Source of the DNA: Candidatus Helarchaeota ASGARD archaeon Hel_GB_B | GTDB taxonomy: Archaea; Asgardarchaeota; Lokiarchaeia; Helarchaeales; HEL-GB-B | NCBI GenBank assembly: GCA_005191425.1 | Contig: SUPR01000137.1 | Coordinates: 1 to 7,207, forward strand | DNA length: 7,207 nucleotides | Direction of reading: 5' to 3' | Notes under the pieces: generated by a model | Told to the model about the DNA's origin: nothing | What the model saw: the letters and a program-made list of their open reading frames with translations, nothing else | Databases searched by the model: none | Translations under genes and position numbers: made by a program | In this document: in pieces, positions 1 to 6,568 of the stretch | Layout: each line of letters starts with the position of its first letter | How positions within the stretch are numbered: position 1 is the stretch's first letter

Positions 1-147
1 ATACGAAAATTTTTAAATAAAACTATTCTGACTTAAATTCTTTATTTATATCTACAATTATAGACAAATAAAAAATAAATTTCTTGGCAATTCAAGAGTA
101 GAGTGATATCTCTTTAAATTTTTCCTTTATCAATTCTGGAAATTCTT

Positions 148-159
148 ATATTGCAATAT
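148..159. repeat. Perfect 12-bp palindrome ATATTGCAATAT
   Basis: The sequence equals its own reverse complement. It is non-coding and has no assignable function. Confidence 0.6.
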
Positions 160-280
160 GGGAATTTAAAGCCAATTTTCAAGAAGTATAGCCATATTAT
201 CCCCCAAATTGAGTAATTTTTTGAGTGTACTAAATTTTTATTAAAAAATATTAGATTTTTATATTCATTTTTTAAATAAG

Positions 281-297
281 CTGAAAATTATTTTCAG
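281..297. repeat. Inverted repeat CTGAAAAT-T-ATTTTCAG (8-bp arms, 1-nt spacer), followed by T5
   Basis: Read directly from the sequence. It lies just past the 3' end of the 326-761 remnant. Operator or terminator function is only inferred. Confidence 0.6.
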
Positions 298-325
298 TTT
301 TTCGCTATTGCTATTATGATGATTT

Positions 326-761
326 TTATTTCCAATTGGGGTGATTGAATTTATCTGAGGATGATAATAAATAGTGGTCTTATCTATTAAAATAATGTTC
401 AAATGCTCTTTTTTTCTATTCATTAAGTACGGTTTGCCCAATACTATTCTCTCTAATTATAAACTTAGTATACTCTCCAAAATTATTACAATCTTCTAAA
501 GATAGATTTCCCAAGAATGTTCTCGACCCAATCTCTAAAATATATTCTAAATACTCTCTATGAAAATCTCAATCTCTTAATACTTTAATCAACAATTCTA
601 ATTTAACTTTTATTCCACCTCAAGAAGATAAGACAGTCCTTCGTAATTTTAAAAATATGTGCTTTTCAGGTGAAATTCTCTTCTCTATTTTTTCAGACTT
701 TACTATAATATTTTTCTCCAATGTCCTTTTCTAATCTCTTACCCTTAGATTTATATTTCAT
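326..761 (-). pseudogene. Probable degraded gene of unknown family (one frameshift, four in-frame stops)
   Basis: Manual translation: ATG at 761 gives MKYKSKGKRLEKDIGEK. A shift in the A-run near 711-715 then gives IIVKSEKIEKRISPEKHIFLKLRRTVLSS*GGIKVKLELLIKVLRD*DFHREYLEYILEIGSRTFLGNLSLEDCNNFGEYTKFIIRENSIGQTVLNE*KKRAFEHYFNR*DHYLLSSSDKFNHPNWK*. There are only 4 internal stops in about 135 codons (620-622, 569-571, 416-418, 380-382). The minus strand is purine-rich and the E/K/L/I composition is protein-like. No family recognised. Confidence 0.4.
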
Positions 762-793
762 TTTAATATGTTATGTCTCATCTTTAATATGTT
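762..793. repeat. Direct repeat TTTAATATGTT x2 (762-772, 783-793), 21-bp period
   Basis: Exact 11-mer pair immediately upstream of the minus-strand ATG at 761. Confidence 0.55.
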
Positions 794-823
794 TAATTAA
801 TTTTTGTCCATTTTATTCCAAAT

Positions 824-831
824 AAAAAAAA
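824..831 (-). terminator. Candidate archaeal oligo(T) terminator (T8 on minus strand)
   Basis: The A8 run on the + strand lies 12 nt downstream of the stop codon of 844-1140. Archaeal intrinsic terminators are oligo-T tracts. Confidence 0.35.
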
Positions 832-843
832 GAAGTTTTAAAT

Positions 844-1140
844 TTAAATTATTAGTTTAATTTTTCTCGATAGTTTTAAATATATTATAATTATTACTCT
901 TATCAATAAATAAATGATGTTAAAGCCTGGTATAACTGGTGTTGTTGCTATAAAAGTATTAAGCTTGAATTTTATAAGTAAAAAGTCATAATTCATAGAA
1001 GGCGATTTATCAGTATTTCCGCAGACATATAATACATTGTTGTTAAATAATTTAATGGCGTAGCCTTCATCTTTTTTATCAGAGCCCCATGTATCATTCC
1101 ATAATAAATCTCCATTTGAGTTTGAAAAAGTTATCTTCAC
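844..1140 (-). pseudogene. 5'-truncated C-terminal fragment of a surface protein: one beta-propeller-type repeat plus an IPGF-TM-basic sorting tail
   Basis: NSNGDLLWNDTWGSDKKDEGYAIKLFNNNVLYVCGNT...YDFLLIKF resembles the archaeal repeat 'G.LLW..TWGG...D.G..I......IYV.G.T......D.FL.K(F/Y)'. IPGF is at 922-933, followed by a hydrophobic stretch and KLSRKIK. The start is GTG, there is no signal peptide, and an in-frame TAA lies at 1156-1158, so the frame cannot extend upstream. Confidence 0.7.
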
Positions 1141-1148
1141 TTGAATAG

Positions 1149-1403
1149 AGAAGTTTTAGGACATATTCAAGCAATTCTCAAGTTGGAGATTCTATTAGGA
1201 CAGATATCGGTGAATATTGCTGGATAATTAGTTGTTATGTTCAAGATAAAACAATTATAATATAATTAAGTATTCATCAAACTGTTTAAAAAATTCTATC
1301 AAAAGATTTCGACCTTGACCGTTATGAAGGTAATCAAATAAAAATTATAAAGGCGAGAAATTCTTGTTTTCCAATTATTAATTTAAGACTTTCAATAATC
1401 TGA
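1149..1403 (+). pseudogene. Possible 5'-truncated gene remnant of unknown family
   Basis: One frame reads RSFRTYSSNSQVGDSIRTDIGEYCWIISCYVQDKTIII*LSIHQTV*KILSKDFDLDRYEGNQIKIIKARNSCFPIINLRLSII*, with TAA at 1263-1265 and 1287-1289. It is less AT-rich than the 1410-1750 spacer and has no ATG. This could be a chance frame. Confidence 0.2.
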
Positions 1404-1530
1404 ATAAATTTCTTATTAAAAAAACGCTTTTACAAATTAAGTTAAATTTTCAAATAAAGATTATACAACAAAATTCTAACCAATTGATTTTTCTAATATT
1501 GAATTTTTGAGAATTAAATTGTAAAAATTT

Positions 1531-1543
1531 AAAGATTTATATA
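1531..1543 (+). promoter_or_regulatory. Candidate BRE-TATA (AAAGA-TTTATATA) for the large surface-protein gene
   Basis: TTTATATA at 1536-1543 matches the archaeal TTTAWATA consensus and has a purine run upstream. The spacer is extremely AT-rich, so other candidates exist (e.g. TATAAAA at 1694-1700). Confidence 0.25.
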
Positions 1544-1577
1544 TCAAAATATCAAATACTCTTCTTTTTTAATTTAG

Positions 1578-1598
1578 ATTCTTTATAAATTAAAGAAT
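1578..1598. repeat. Inverted repeat ATTCTTTA-N5-TAAAGAAT
   Basis: Perfect 8-bp arms in the spacer upstream of 1757. A regulatory role is inferred only. Confidence 0.5.
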
Positions 1599-1756
1599 AA
1601 AAAGATATAAATAAAATTAATGAAAATTACGAACTTACCTTATATAATTAATAAAAGTGAAAAATTGAATATATTTCTAAAATAATTATTTAGTATAAAA
1701 TATAATATAGTGTAAACATAAATTATTAACATAAATTTAAAAAGGATTCTTAAAAA

Positions 1757-4700
1757 ATGATAAAAAACAGAAATACTAACAAAAAAATAGTTGCAAATGT
1801 AATTATAAGTGTAGTTTTAATTTCTCTATTAATGGTCATAAATTTTAATATTGGAATTAGAATTCTGGATAAAAAAGATAACAATAGCAGTCAAATAATA
1901 GAAAATGGAGCTTGGATATTTGATATTAAGAATATAAGTTCAGATTTTAGTGGTCCAGATATAGGGTCTATGATAAAAATAGATTCAGGTGATAATCCAA
2001 ATATTCTTTATTATAATGGTGCTAAATTAATATACAAAGTGTGGAATGGTGTACAATGGAATAACTATACGCCCCCCCAATATCATGATAAATTTTCTTT
2101 TGTTTTAGATTCTAATGATTTTCCACATATTTCTTTCATAAGAAATTATCAGTTATATTATGAAAAATGGAATGGTAGTGGATGGGAATATGAGAAAGTA
2201 GACACGGATATAGCGAATTCTGTATATGATAGTGGTAGTGCTATTGGAATAGATTCAAGCAATAATCCATATATTGCATATGAAGATACTAAAAATTCCA
2301 ACATTAAATTAGCCAAGTGGAATGGAACGGGATGGGAGATTCAAATAGTAGATTCATCTTGTATACCAAAAAATGTTGCAATCGAATTAGATTCTAGTAA
2401 TAATCCTCATATATGTTATTTAGATAGGTCTGAATATTTTGGGCCATATAATAATGAAACTAATGCTATAAAATATGCCAAATGGAATGGTACTGGATGG
2501 GAAATATCAATTATAGAATATGGAATATCTGATTCTACAAATATTTATCCATCGATTTCTTTAGATAGCTCTAACAATGCACATATAGTTTATTCCCATA
2601 ATAAATGGTCATCAGATCCTGAAAAAAGGGATTTATCTTTAACTTATGCCAAGTGGAATGGGACTGGATGGGAAATCAATTATTTAGATCCATTTATAAA
2701 TAATTATGAGTATGCGACTCCTGAATATGCCACTATTGTCATTGATTCATTTGATAGGCCGCACATTTCTTTTCTATTTATTCCTTCTACTGGTGGTTGT
2801 AGATTAAATTATCTCAGAAAAGTGGGCAATAATTGGGAAATAAATAGAATTGATAGTAATATTGTAAATGCGTATTCAAAAATAGGTCTGGATTTGGACA
2901 GTAATGATTTTCCTCATATTGTATATATAACAAAAGAGAATAATAAACAATTGAGATATGCAAAACCACTATATTGGGCTTATATTAATATAACATCTCC
3001 TAATGGAGAAATTTGGTACGAAGAAAATACATATAATATAACTTGGACTTCAAACTTTGTTAATTCAGTAGATATTACATTATATAAATTGGAATTTAAA
3101 TCAATAACATTATCAAAAAATACTTGGAAGTATTACTCAACAATCGCAACTTCAGTAAATGCGTTAAATGGTAAATATGTTTGGAATATTCCTAAACATA
3201 TGGACGACAGTAGTTTTTATTACATTAACATAACAGATTCAGACCACAGAGACGTTTATGATTGTAGTTCACTTTTCAGAATTTCTCAACAAAAAGGTCT
3301 ATTCATTGAGCAATTGGACAACAGCGCCACAGCGGTCTCAATAGCTATAGATGCCCTTAGCAATCCCCATATCAGCTATTATAATAATAGTGGTAATCGA
3401 TTAGAATATGTACATTGGGAAAACGGGCATTGGAATTTTGAAGAAATTGATCCATTAAACGATAACGTGGGGATTTTTGTTTCACTCGCGTTGGACTCCT
3501 TTAACAGACCGCATATTGCATATTATGATGCTCTTAATAAAGACCTTAAATATGCACGATATAATGGGGCTAATTGGATTATTCAAACAGTTGATGACAC
3601 AAACGATGTAGGTAAATACCCTGCTATTGTTATAGATTCATCAAATTATCCCCATATTAGCTACTATGATGAGACTAATAAAGCATTAAGACTAGCACGA
3701 TGGACTGGTACTCAATGGTGGAAAGGTACATTAGACTCTGATGATGATTTAGACGGGAAATATACTTCTATTGCAATAGATTCTTCAAACAGGGAACATA
3801 TTGGATATCAATTTGAAGAAGGGACTATTTCTGGTGTAAAATATATATATTTTAATGGCACTGGCTGGAAAAAACAAGTCATATATTCAGCTAACAAGGC
3901 TACTTATGGAATTTATAATCATACAACTGGCACTTCTATATCCTTAGACTTGGACTCTTCTAATGCTCCACATTTCTCATTCATAAAAAATAACCGATAT
4001 TTAATGTATTGTAAGTGGAACGGTACAGCATGGCATACTAATATATTAGATTCATCAAAATCTACTCCTTCTTTGACTTCTGCTTCAATGAAATTAGATT
4101 CTAACGGAATGCCACGAATATGCTATAAAGGTGATGAATTCCTGAATTACACTTGGTGGGATGGTAATAAATGGAATAAATATGGTGTTATTCAAGATCA
4201 TTATGTTGGTAATTGCTCAATAGCTATTGACTCATCCGATAAACCACATTTCTCCTCAAGTGTTGAAAATAATCTCTATTATGCTATGGAACTTGATATG
4301 GTCCAATCACCCTCTCCCCCGACAAATCTTGTTGGTCTATTATCTAATGGAAATGTCATTCTAAATTGGCAGAAACCTTACGATGGAGGTTCTGAAATAA
4401 TCAAATATAACATATATTGTTATTCTACACTATTACCTACTCCAGAATTGATTGGTTATACCGATAGTCCGTCTACTAATTATACAGATACGTCAAATTT
4501 ACGCAAGGGGACTTATTATTATTTTGTCACTGCCGTTAATTCATATGGTGAATCTGATAAAAGTAATGTAGTTTCTATTTTAATTGATATTTCTATCTTA
4601 CTTGTTGATGATGATAATGGTAATAATTATGAATCCTATTTCATCGACGCATTAAATACATTGAGTTACAGCTATCGAGTTTGGGATGTTGATTTATTAG

Positions 4701-5365
4701 GTTCTCCCTCTCTTAGTACTTTATTGTTATATCCTACAATTATTTGGACTACAGGGTCTGAAAGTTCTGATACTCTAACTTCAACTGATCAAAGTAATTT
4801 AATTGAATATCTCAATTACGGCGGGACCTTATACTTGTCCTCGCAGGATTTCCTATTTGATGCTAATTACGGGTATAATGGTGTTATTACAAATACTTTT
4901 ATCAACCAATATCTCCATATAAGCGAAGTATCAAATGATGTAAGCTATCCACTAATAAAAGGAATACGAATTGACCCAATTTCCACAGTTTTTGGTCTAA
5001 TATTATTAGATTGTCCATATTCAAATTTCGCAGACGAAGTAACAATGATTAAAGGCTCTGGCGCTTCTAAAGTATTCTATAATCCACTTACAAATAGGAC
5101 TACAAGTGTAAAAGTGGATTCAGGGACTTATAGGCTTGTATTTACCGCATTTTCTTTTGAATCCATTGAAAAAAGAAATGCCACTAAAGGTGCTCAATTA
5201 CTTAATAGAATTATCATTTGGCTCCAAAATAAAAATATCCCAAGTAGAATTCCCGGGTTCAATTTTGTCGACTTGACTTTGATAATGATGGGAATTTTAT
5301 CTCTTGGTTATCTATTTGTCAGAAGAAAAAGGTCTGAATTTATTAGCTTGGCTATTTTTAAATAA
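1757..5365 (+). CDS. Large secreted, membrane-anchored multidomain surface (glyco)protein: 2 x 7-blade beta-propeller, Ig-like, FN3, GAT-like domain, PGF-CTERM-type anchor (1202 aa)
   Basis: Uninterrupted 3.6-kb ORF with AAGGA at 1742-1746 upstream of the ATG. The N-terminus is basic then hydrophobic (NKK-IVANVIISVVLISLLMVINF). It contains 14 repeats of the type 'S(I/L)xLDSxxxPHIxY...LxYxxWNGxxW', about 20 N-x-S/T sequons, and a C-terminal IPGF-TM-RRKR. Confidence 0.95.
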   Translation: MIKNRNTNKKIVANVIISVVLISLLMVINFNIGIRILDKKDNNSSQIIENGAWIFDIKNISSDFSGPDIGSMIKIDSGDNPNILYYNGAKLIYKVWNGVQWNNYTPPQYHDKFSFVLDSNDFPHISFIRNYQLYYEKWNGSGWEYEKVDTDIANSVYDSGSAIGIDSSNNPYIAYEDTKNSNIKLAKWNGTGWEIQIVDSSCIPKNVAIELDSSNNPHICYLDRSEYFGPYNNETNAIKYAKWNGTGWEISIIEYGISDSTNIYPSISLDSSNNAHIVYSHNKWSSDPEKRDLSLTYAKWNGTGWEINYLDPFINNYEYATPEYATIVIDSFDRPHISFLFIPSTGGCRLNYLRKVGNNWEINRIDSNIVNAYSKIGLDLDSNDFPHIVYITKENNKQLRYAKPLYWAYINITSPNGEIWYEENTYNITWTSNFVNSVDITLYKLEFKSITLSKNTWKYYSTIATSVNALNGKYVWNIPKHMDDSSFYYINITDSDHRDVYDCSSLFRISQQKGLFIEQLDNSATAVSIAIDALSNPHISYYNNSGNRLEYVHWENGHWNFEEIDPLNDNVGIFVSLALDSFNRPHIAYYDALNKDLKYARYNGANWIIQTVDDTNDVGKYPAIVIDSSNYPHISYYDETNKALRLARWTGTQWWKGTLDSDDDLDGKYTSIAIDSSNREHIGYQFEEGTISGVKYIYFNGTGWKKQVIYSANKATYGIYNHTTGTSISLDLDSSNAPHFSFIKNNRYLMYCKWNGTAWHTNILDSSKSTPSLTSASMKLDSNGMPRICYKGDEFLNYTWWDGNKWNKYGVIQDHYVGNCSIAIDSSDKPHFSSSVENNLYYAMELDMVQSPSPPTNLVGLLSNGNVILNWQKPYDGGSEIIKYNIYCYSTLLPTPELIGYTDSPSTNYTDTSNLRKGTYYYFVTAVNSYGESDKSNVVSILIDISILLVDDDNGNNYESYFIDALNTLSYSYRVWDVDLLGSPSLSTLLLYPTIIWTTGSESSDTLTSTDQSNLIEYLNYGGTLYLSSQDFLFDANYGYNGVITNTFINQYLHISEVSNDVSYPLIKGIRIDPISTVFGLILLDCPYSNFADEVTMIKGSGASKVFYNPLTNRTTSVKVDSGTYRLVFTAFSFESIEKRNATKGAQLLNRIIIWLQNKNIPSRIPGFNFVDLTLIMMGILSLGYLFVRRKRSEFISLAIFK
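1913..2971 (+). other. Beta-propeller 1 (7 blades), within 1757-5365
   Basis: Seven repeats with cores IDSGDNPNI, LDSNDFPHI, IDSSNNPYI, LDSSNNPHI, LDSSNNAHI, IDSFDRPHI and LDSNDFPHI. The first six end in W, four of them as WNG(S/T)GW. The fold is inferred from the repeat pattern and boundaries are approximate. Confidence 0.75.
2972..3292 (+). other. Ig-like domain of the Kre9/KNH / 'Ser-Thr-rich GPI-anchored' type
   Basis: INITSPNGEIWYEENTYNITW...GKYVWNIP...YYINITD matches the family pattern I.ITSPNGGE.W......ITW...G.Y.W.(I/V)P......Y.I.I.D. Confidence 0.7.
3293..4294 (+). other. Beta-propeller 2 (7 blades), within 1757-5365
   Basis: Seven repeats with cores IDALSNPHI, LDSFNRPHI, IDSSNYPHI, IDSSNREHI, LDSSNAPHF, LDSNGMPRI and IDSSDKPHF. 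Boundaries are approximate. Confidence 0.75.
4307..4588 (+). other. Fibronectin type III domain
   Basis: PSPPTNL...VILNWQKPYDGGSEIIKYNIY...NYTD...GTYYYFVTAVNSYGESDKS carries the canonical FN3 P-P, W, Y and Y.V.AVN.G.S motifs. Confidence 0.9.
4589..5228 (+). other. Class I glutamine-amidotransferase-like (flavodoxin-type alpha/beta) extracellular domain, probably non-amidotransferase
   Basis: ILLVDDDNG..YESYF.DAL..L.YSY.VWD...P....L..Y..IIWTTG...TL...DQ..L..YL..GG.LYLSSQD...RLVF..FSFE follows the pattern of GAT-like domains in secreted archaeal and bacterial mosaic proteins. There is no G-x-C-x-G nucleophile elbow. Confidence 0.6.
5249..5332 (+). other. PGF-CTERM/Loki-CTERM-like C-terminal sorting signal
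   Basis: IPGF (5249-5260), hydrophobic segment NFVDLTLIMMGILSLGYLFV, and RRKR (5321-5332) form the tripartite archaeosortase-substrate layout. Confidence 0.8.
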
Positions 5366-5376
5366 TTGTCTTCTAC

Positions 5377-5396
5377 TTTTCATTTTTTATTTTTTT
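5377..5396 (+). terminator. Candidate oligo(T) terminator of the surface-protein gene
   Basis: T4, T6 and T7 tracts lie 12-31 nt after the TAA at 5363-5365, in the convergent intergenic gap. Confidence 0.45.
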
Positions 5397-5418
5397 CAAT
5401 TATTATAAATCGTTTCAT

Positions 5419-5426
5419 AAAAAAAA
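5419..5426 (-). terminator. Candidate oligo(T) terminator of the GT2 gene
   Basis: A8 on the + strand (T8 on minus) lies about 60 nt downstream of the GT2 stop. Confidence 0.3.
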
Positions 5427-5484
5427 TGCTTTACAAATTATTTACTATTCTATTATTAATCTTAATTTGAGCCCAGGTCAGGTC

Positions 5485-6213
5485 TTATTTAAAAATTCCT
5501 TTAATAATTTCTATTAAAATTCGGACTCCATCTTTAAAAGAATGTAATTTAGAGCACCCAATGCGTGGTCGATATACTATTTCAATTTCTTTTATTTTCA
5601 ATCTTTTTTTAACTGCTTGAGTTAAAGTCTGAGTTGCAAATCCCATACCATTATTACTCATTTTCAATAACTTTAGTGCATGTTTAGAGAATGCTCGGAA
5701 GCCTGTTTGAGTATCTGATAGATTTTTAAAAAAGAATATATTAAAAAGCATAGTTAAATAGAGATTACCGAAACGGTGTAAAATCGTCATAGCACCGGGG
5801 TGTATTTTACCTTTAATTCTAGAGCCAAGTACGATATCAGCTTTATTGTCTAAAATAGGTTGAACGAGTTCGGGTATTTGATGGCTAGGATATGTATAAT
5901 CTGAGTCCATCCAAACAATGATATCACCTTTAGCATGTTTTAGACCAGTATAAATAGCTTGTCCATACCCTTTTTTATATTCAGTAATGACTTTAGCACC
6001 GCACTCCTTAGCAATATTTATAGTATTATCTTGCGAGCATCCATCGACTACGAGAATTTCTGTGGGTGGTAATTTATGGAGCGGGATTTCGGAAATAACT
6101 TTATGTATTGCTTTCTCTTCATTGAGAGCAGGGAGAATGATAGATATAAGTGGAGATTGTCCCATATTTTTTCCCTCAAATTTTTTACTGATGGATTCTC
6201 GTTCAAGAATCAT
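5485..6213 (-). CDS. Glycosyltransferase family 2, DPM1-like (polyprenol/dolichol-phosphate hexosyltransferase-like)
   Basis: GT-A motifs in order: ISIILPALNEE, ILVVDGCSQDNT, KKGYGQAI..G, GDIIVWMDSD (DxD), DIVLGSR, SDTQTGFRAF, I.EI.I.Y.PR.G.SK. There is no C-terminal TM helix. The start is either 6213 (AGAGGT 12 nt upstream) or 6165 (MGQSPLISII, preceded by GAGGGA). Sugar specificity cannot be read from the sequence. Confidence 0.95.
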   Translation of the reverse strand: MILERESISKKFEGKNMGQSPLISIILPALNEEKAIHKVISEIPLHKLPPTEILVVDGCSQDNTINIAKECGAKVITEYKKGYGQAIYTGLKHAKGDIIVWMDSDYTYPSHQIPELVQPILDNKADIVLGSRIKGKIHPGAMTILHRFGNLYLTMLFNIFFFKNLSDTQTGFRAFSKHALKLLKMSNNGMGFATQTLTQAVKKRLKIKEIEIVYRPRIGCSKLHSFKDGVRILIEIIKGIFK

Positions 6214-6400
6214 TTTTTTAATAGAACCTCTAATTAACGAAGAGTAATAATAGTAATTTTTGTGTGCAAATAATAGGAATAATTTGGAAAGATAGGGATA
6301 AGATATTTCTCGATTAGCCCACTACAATCCTTCCAAAAAGGTAATATAATATAAAGATGAAATTAATAAAATAAAAATTAAATTTATTTAAAAATATTTT

Positions 6401-6444
6401 GGGTATGAATTAATCAAGGTGGGTATGAATTAGGGTATGAATTA
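6401..6444 (+). repeat. Three exact copies of the 12-mer GGGTATGAATTA (6401-6412, 6421-6432, 6433-6444)
   Basis: Read directly from the sequence. Copies 1 and 2 are separated by ATCAAGGT, and copies 2 and 3 are adjacent. Confidence 0.95.
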
Positions 6445-6456
6445 GTTAAGGAAAAA

Positions 6457-6568
6457 AATATGGGTTTTAAGAGGATAAAAAAATATTTGTAATGTAGAAA
6501 ATTTGAATAATTGAAGAGAATGAAATGGGTTTAAAAGACCAAGGATTTTTGAATATGGGTTATAGAGG
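6457..6568 (+). repeat. Dispersed degenerate repeat AATATGGGTT(N2-3)AGAGG / ATGGGTT
   Basis: AATATGGGTT occurs at 6457-6466 and 6552-6561, each followed shortly by AGAGG. The core ATGGGTT also occurs at 6525-6531. Confidence 0.6.

Noticed and set aside
3-287. Short start-less open frames on both strands (e.g. 114-287 minus, 58 codons; plus-strand SDISLNFSFINSGNSYIAIWEFKANF)
   Set aside because: There is no start codon or recognisable motif, and the lengths are compatible with chance.
326-730. Selenocysteine or genetic-code-4 readthrough of TGA
   Set aside because: TAG and TAA also interrupt the frame, the contexts are not redox motifs, and the intact genes use TGG for Trp.
1410-1750. Replication origin or small RNA in the very AT-rich spacer
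   Set aside because: There are no ORB-like or iterated motifs and no GC-rich structured segment. It is consistent with an ordinary promoter region.
1913-4294. DGR template/variable repeat pair or recent intragenic duplication between the propellers
   Set aside because: I saw no long near-identical nucleotide repeat. The short matches differ at synonymous sites rather than at adenines, and there is no reverse transcriptase in the window.
5987-6247. 86-aa plus-strand ORF from the track
   Set aside because: It is almost entirely antisense to the well-supported GT2 gene and has no motif, so it is a shadow ORF.
6284-6336. Possible hairpin (TTGGAA...TTCCAA with inner GGG/CCC) upstream of GT2
   Set aside because: The arms are short and interrupted. 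It is not supportable as a structured RNA without folding and covariation data.
6401-6444. Mini CRISPR array or telomere-like repeat (contains one TTAGGG at 6430-6435)
   Set aside because: The unit is 12 bp with 8- and 0-nt gaps, has no dyad and no cas genes. TTAGGG arises only at one repeat junction.
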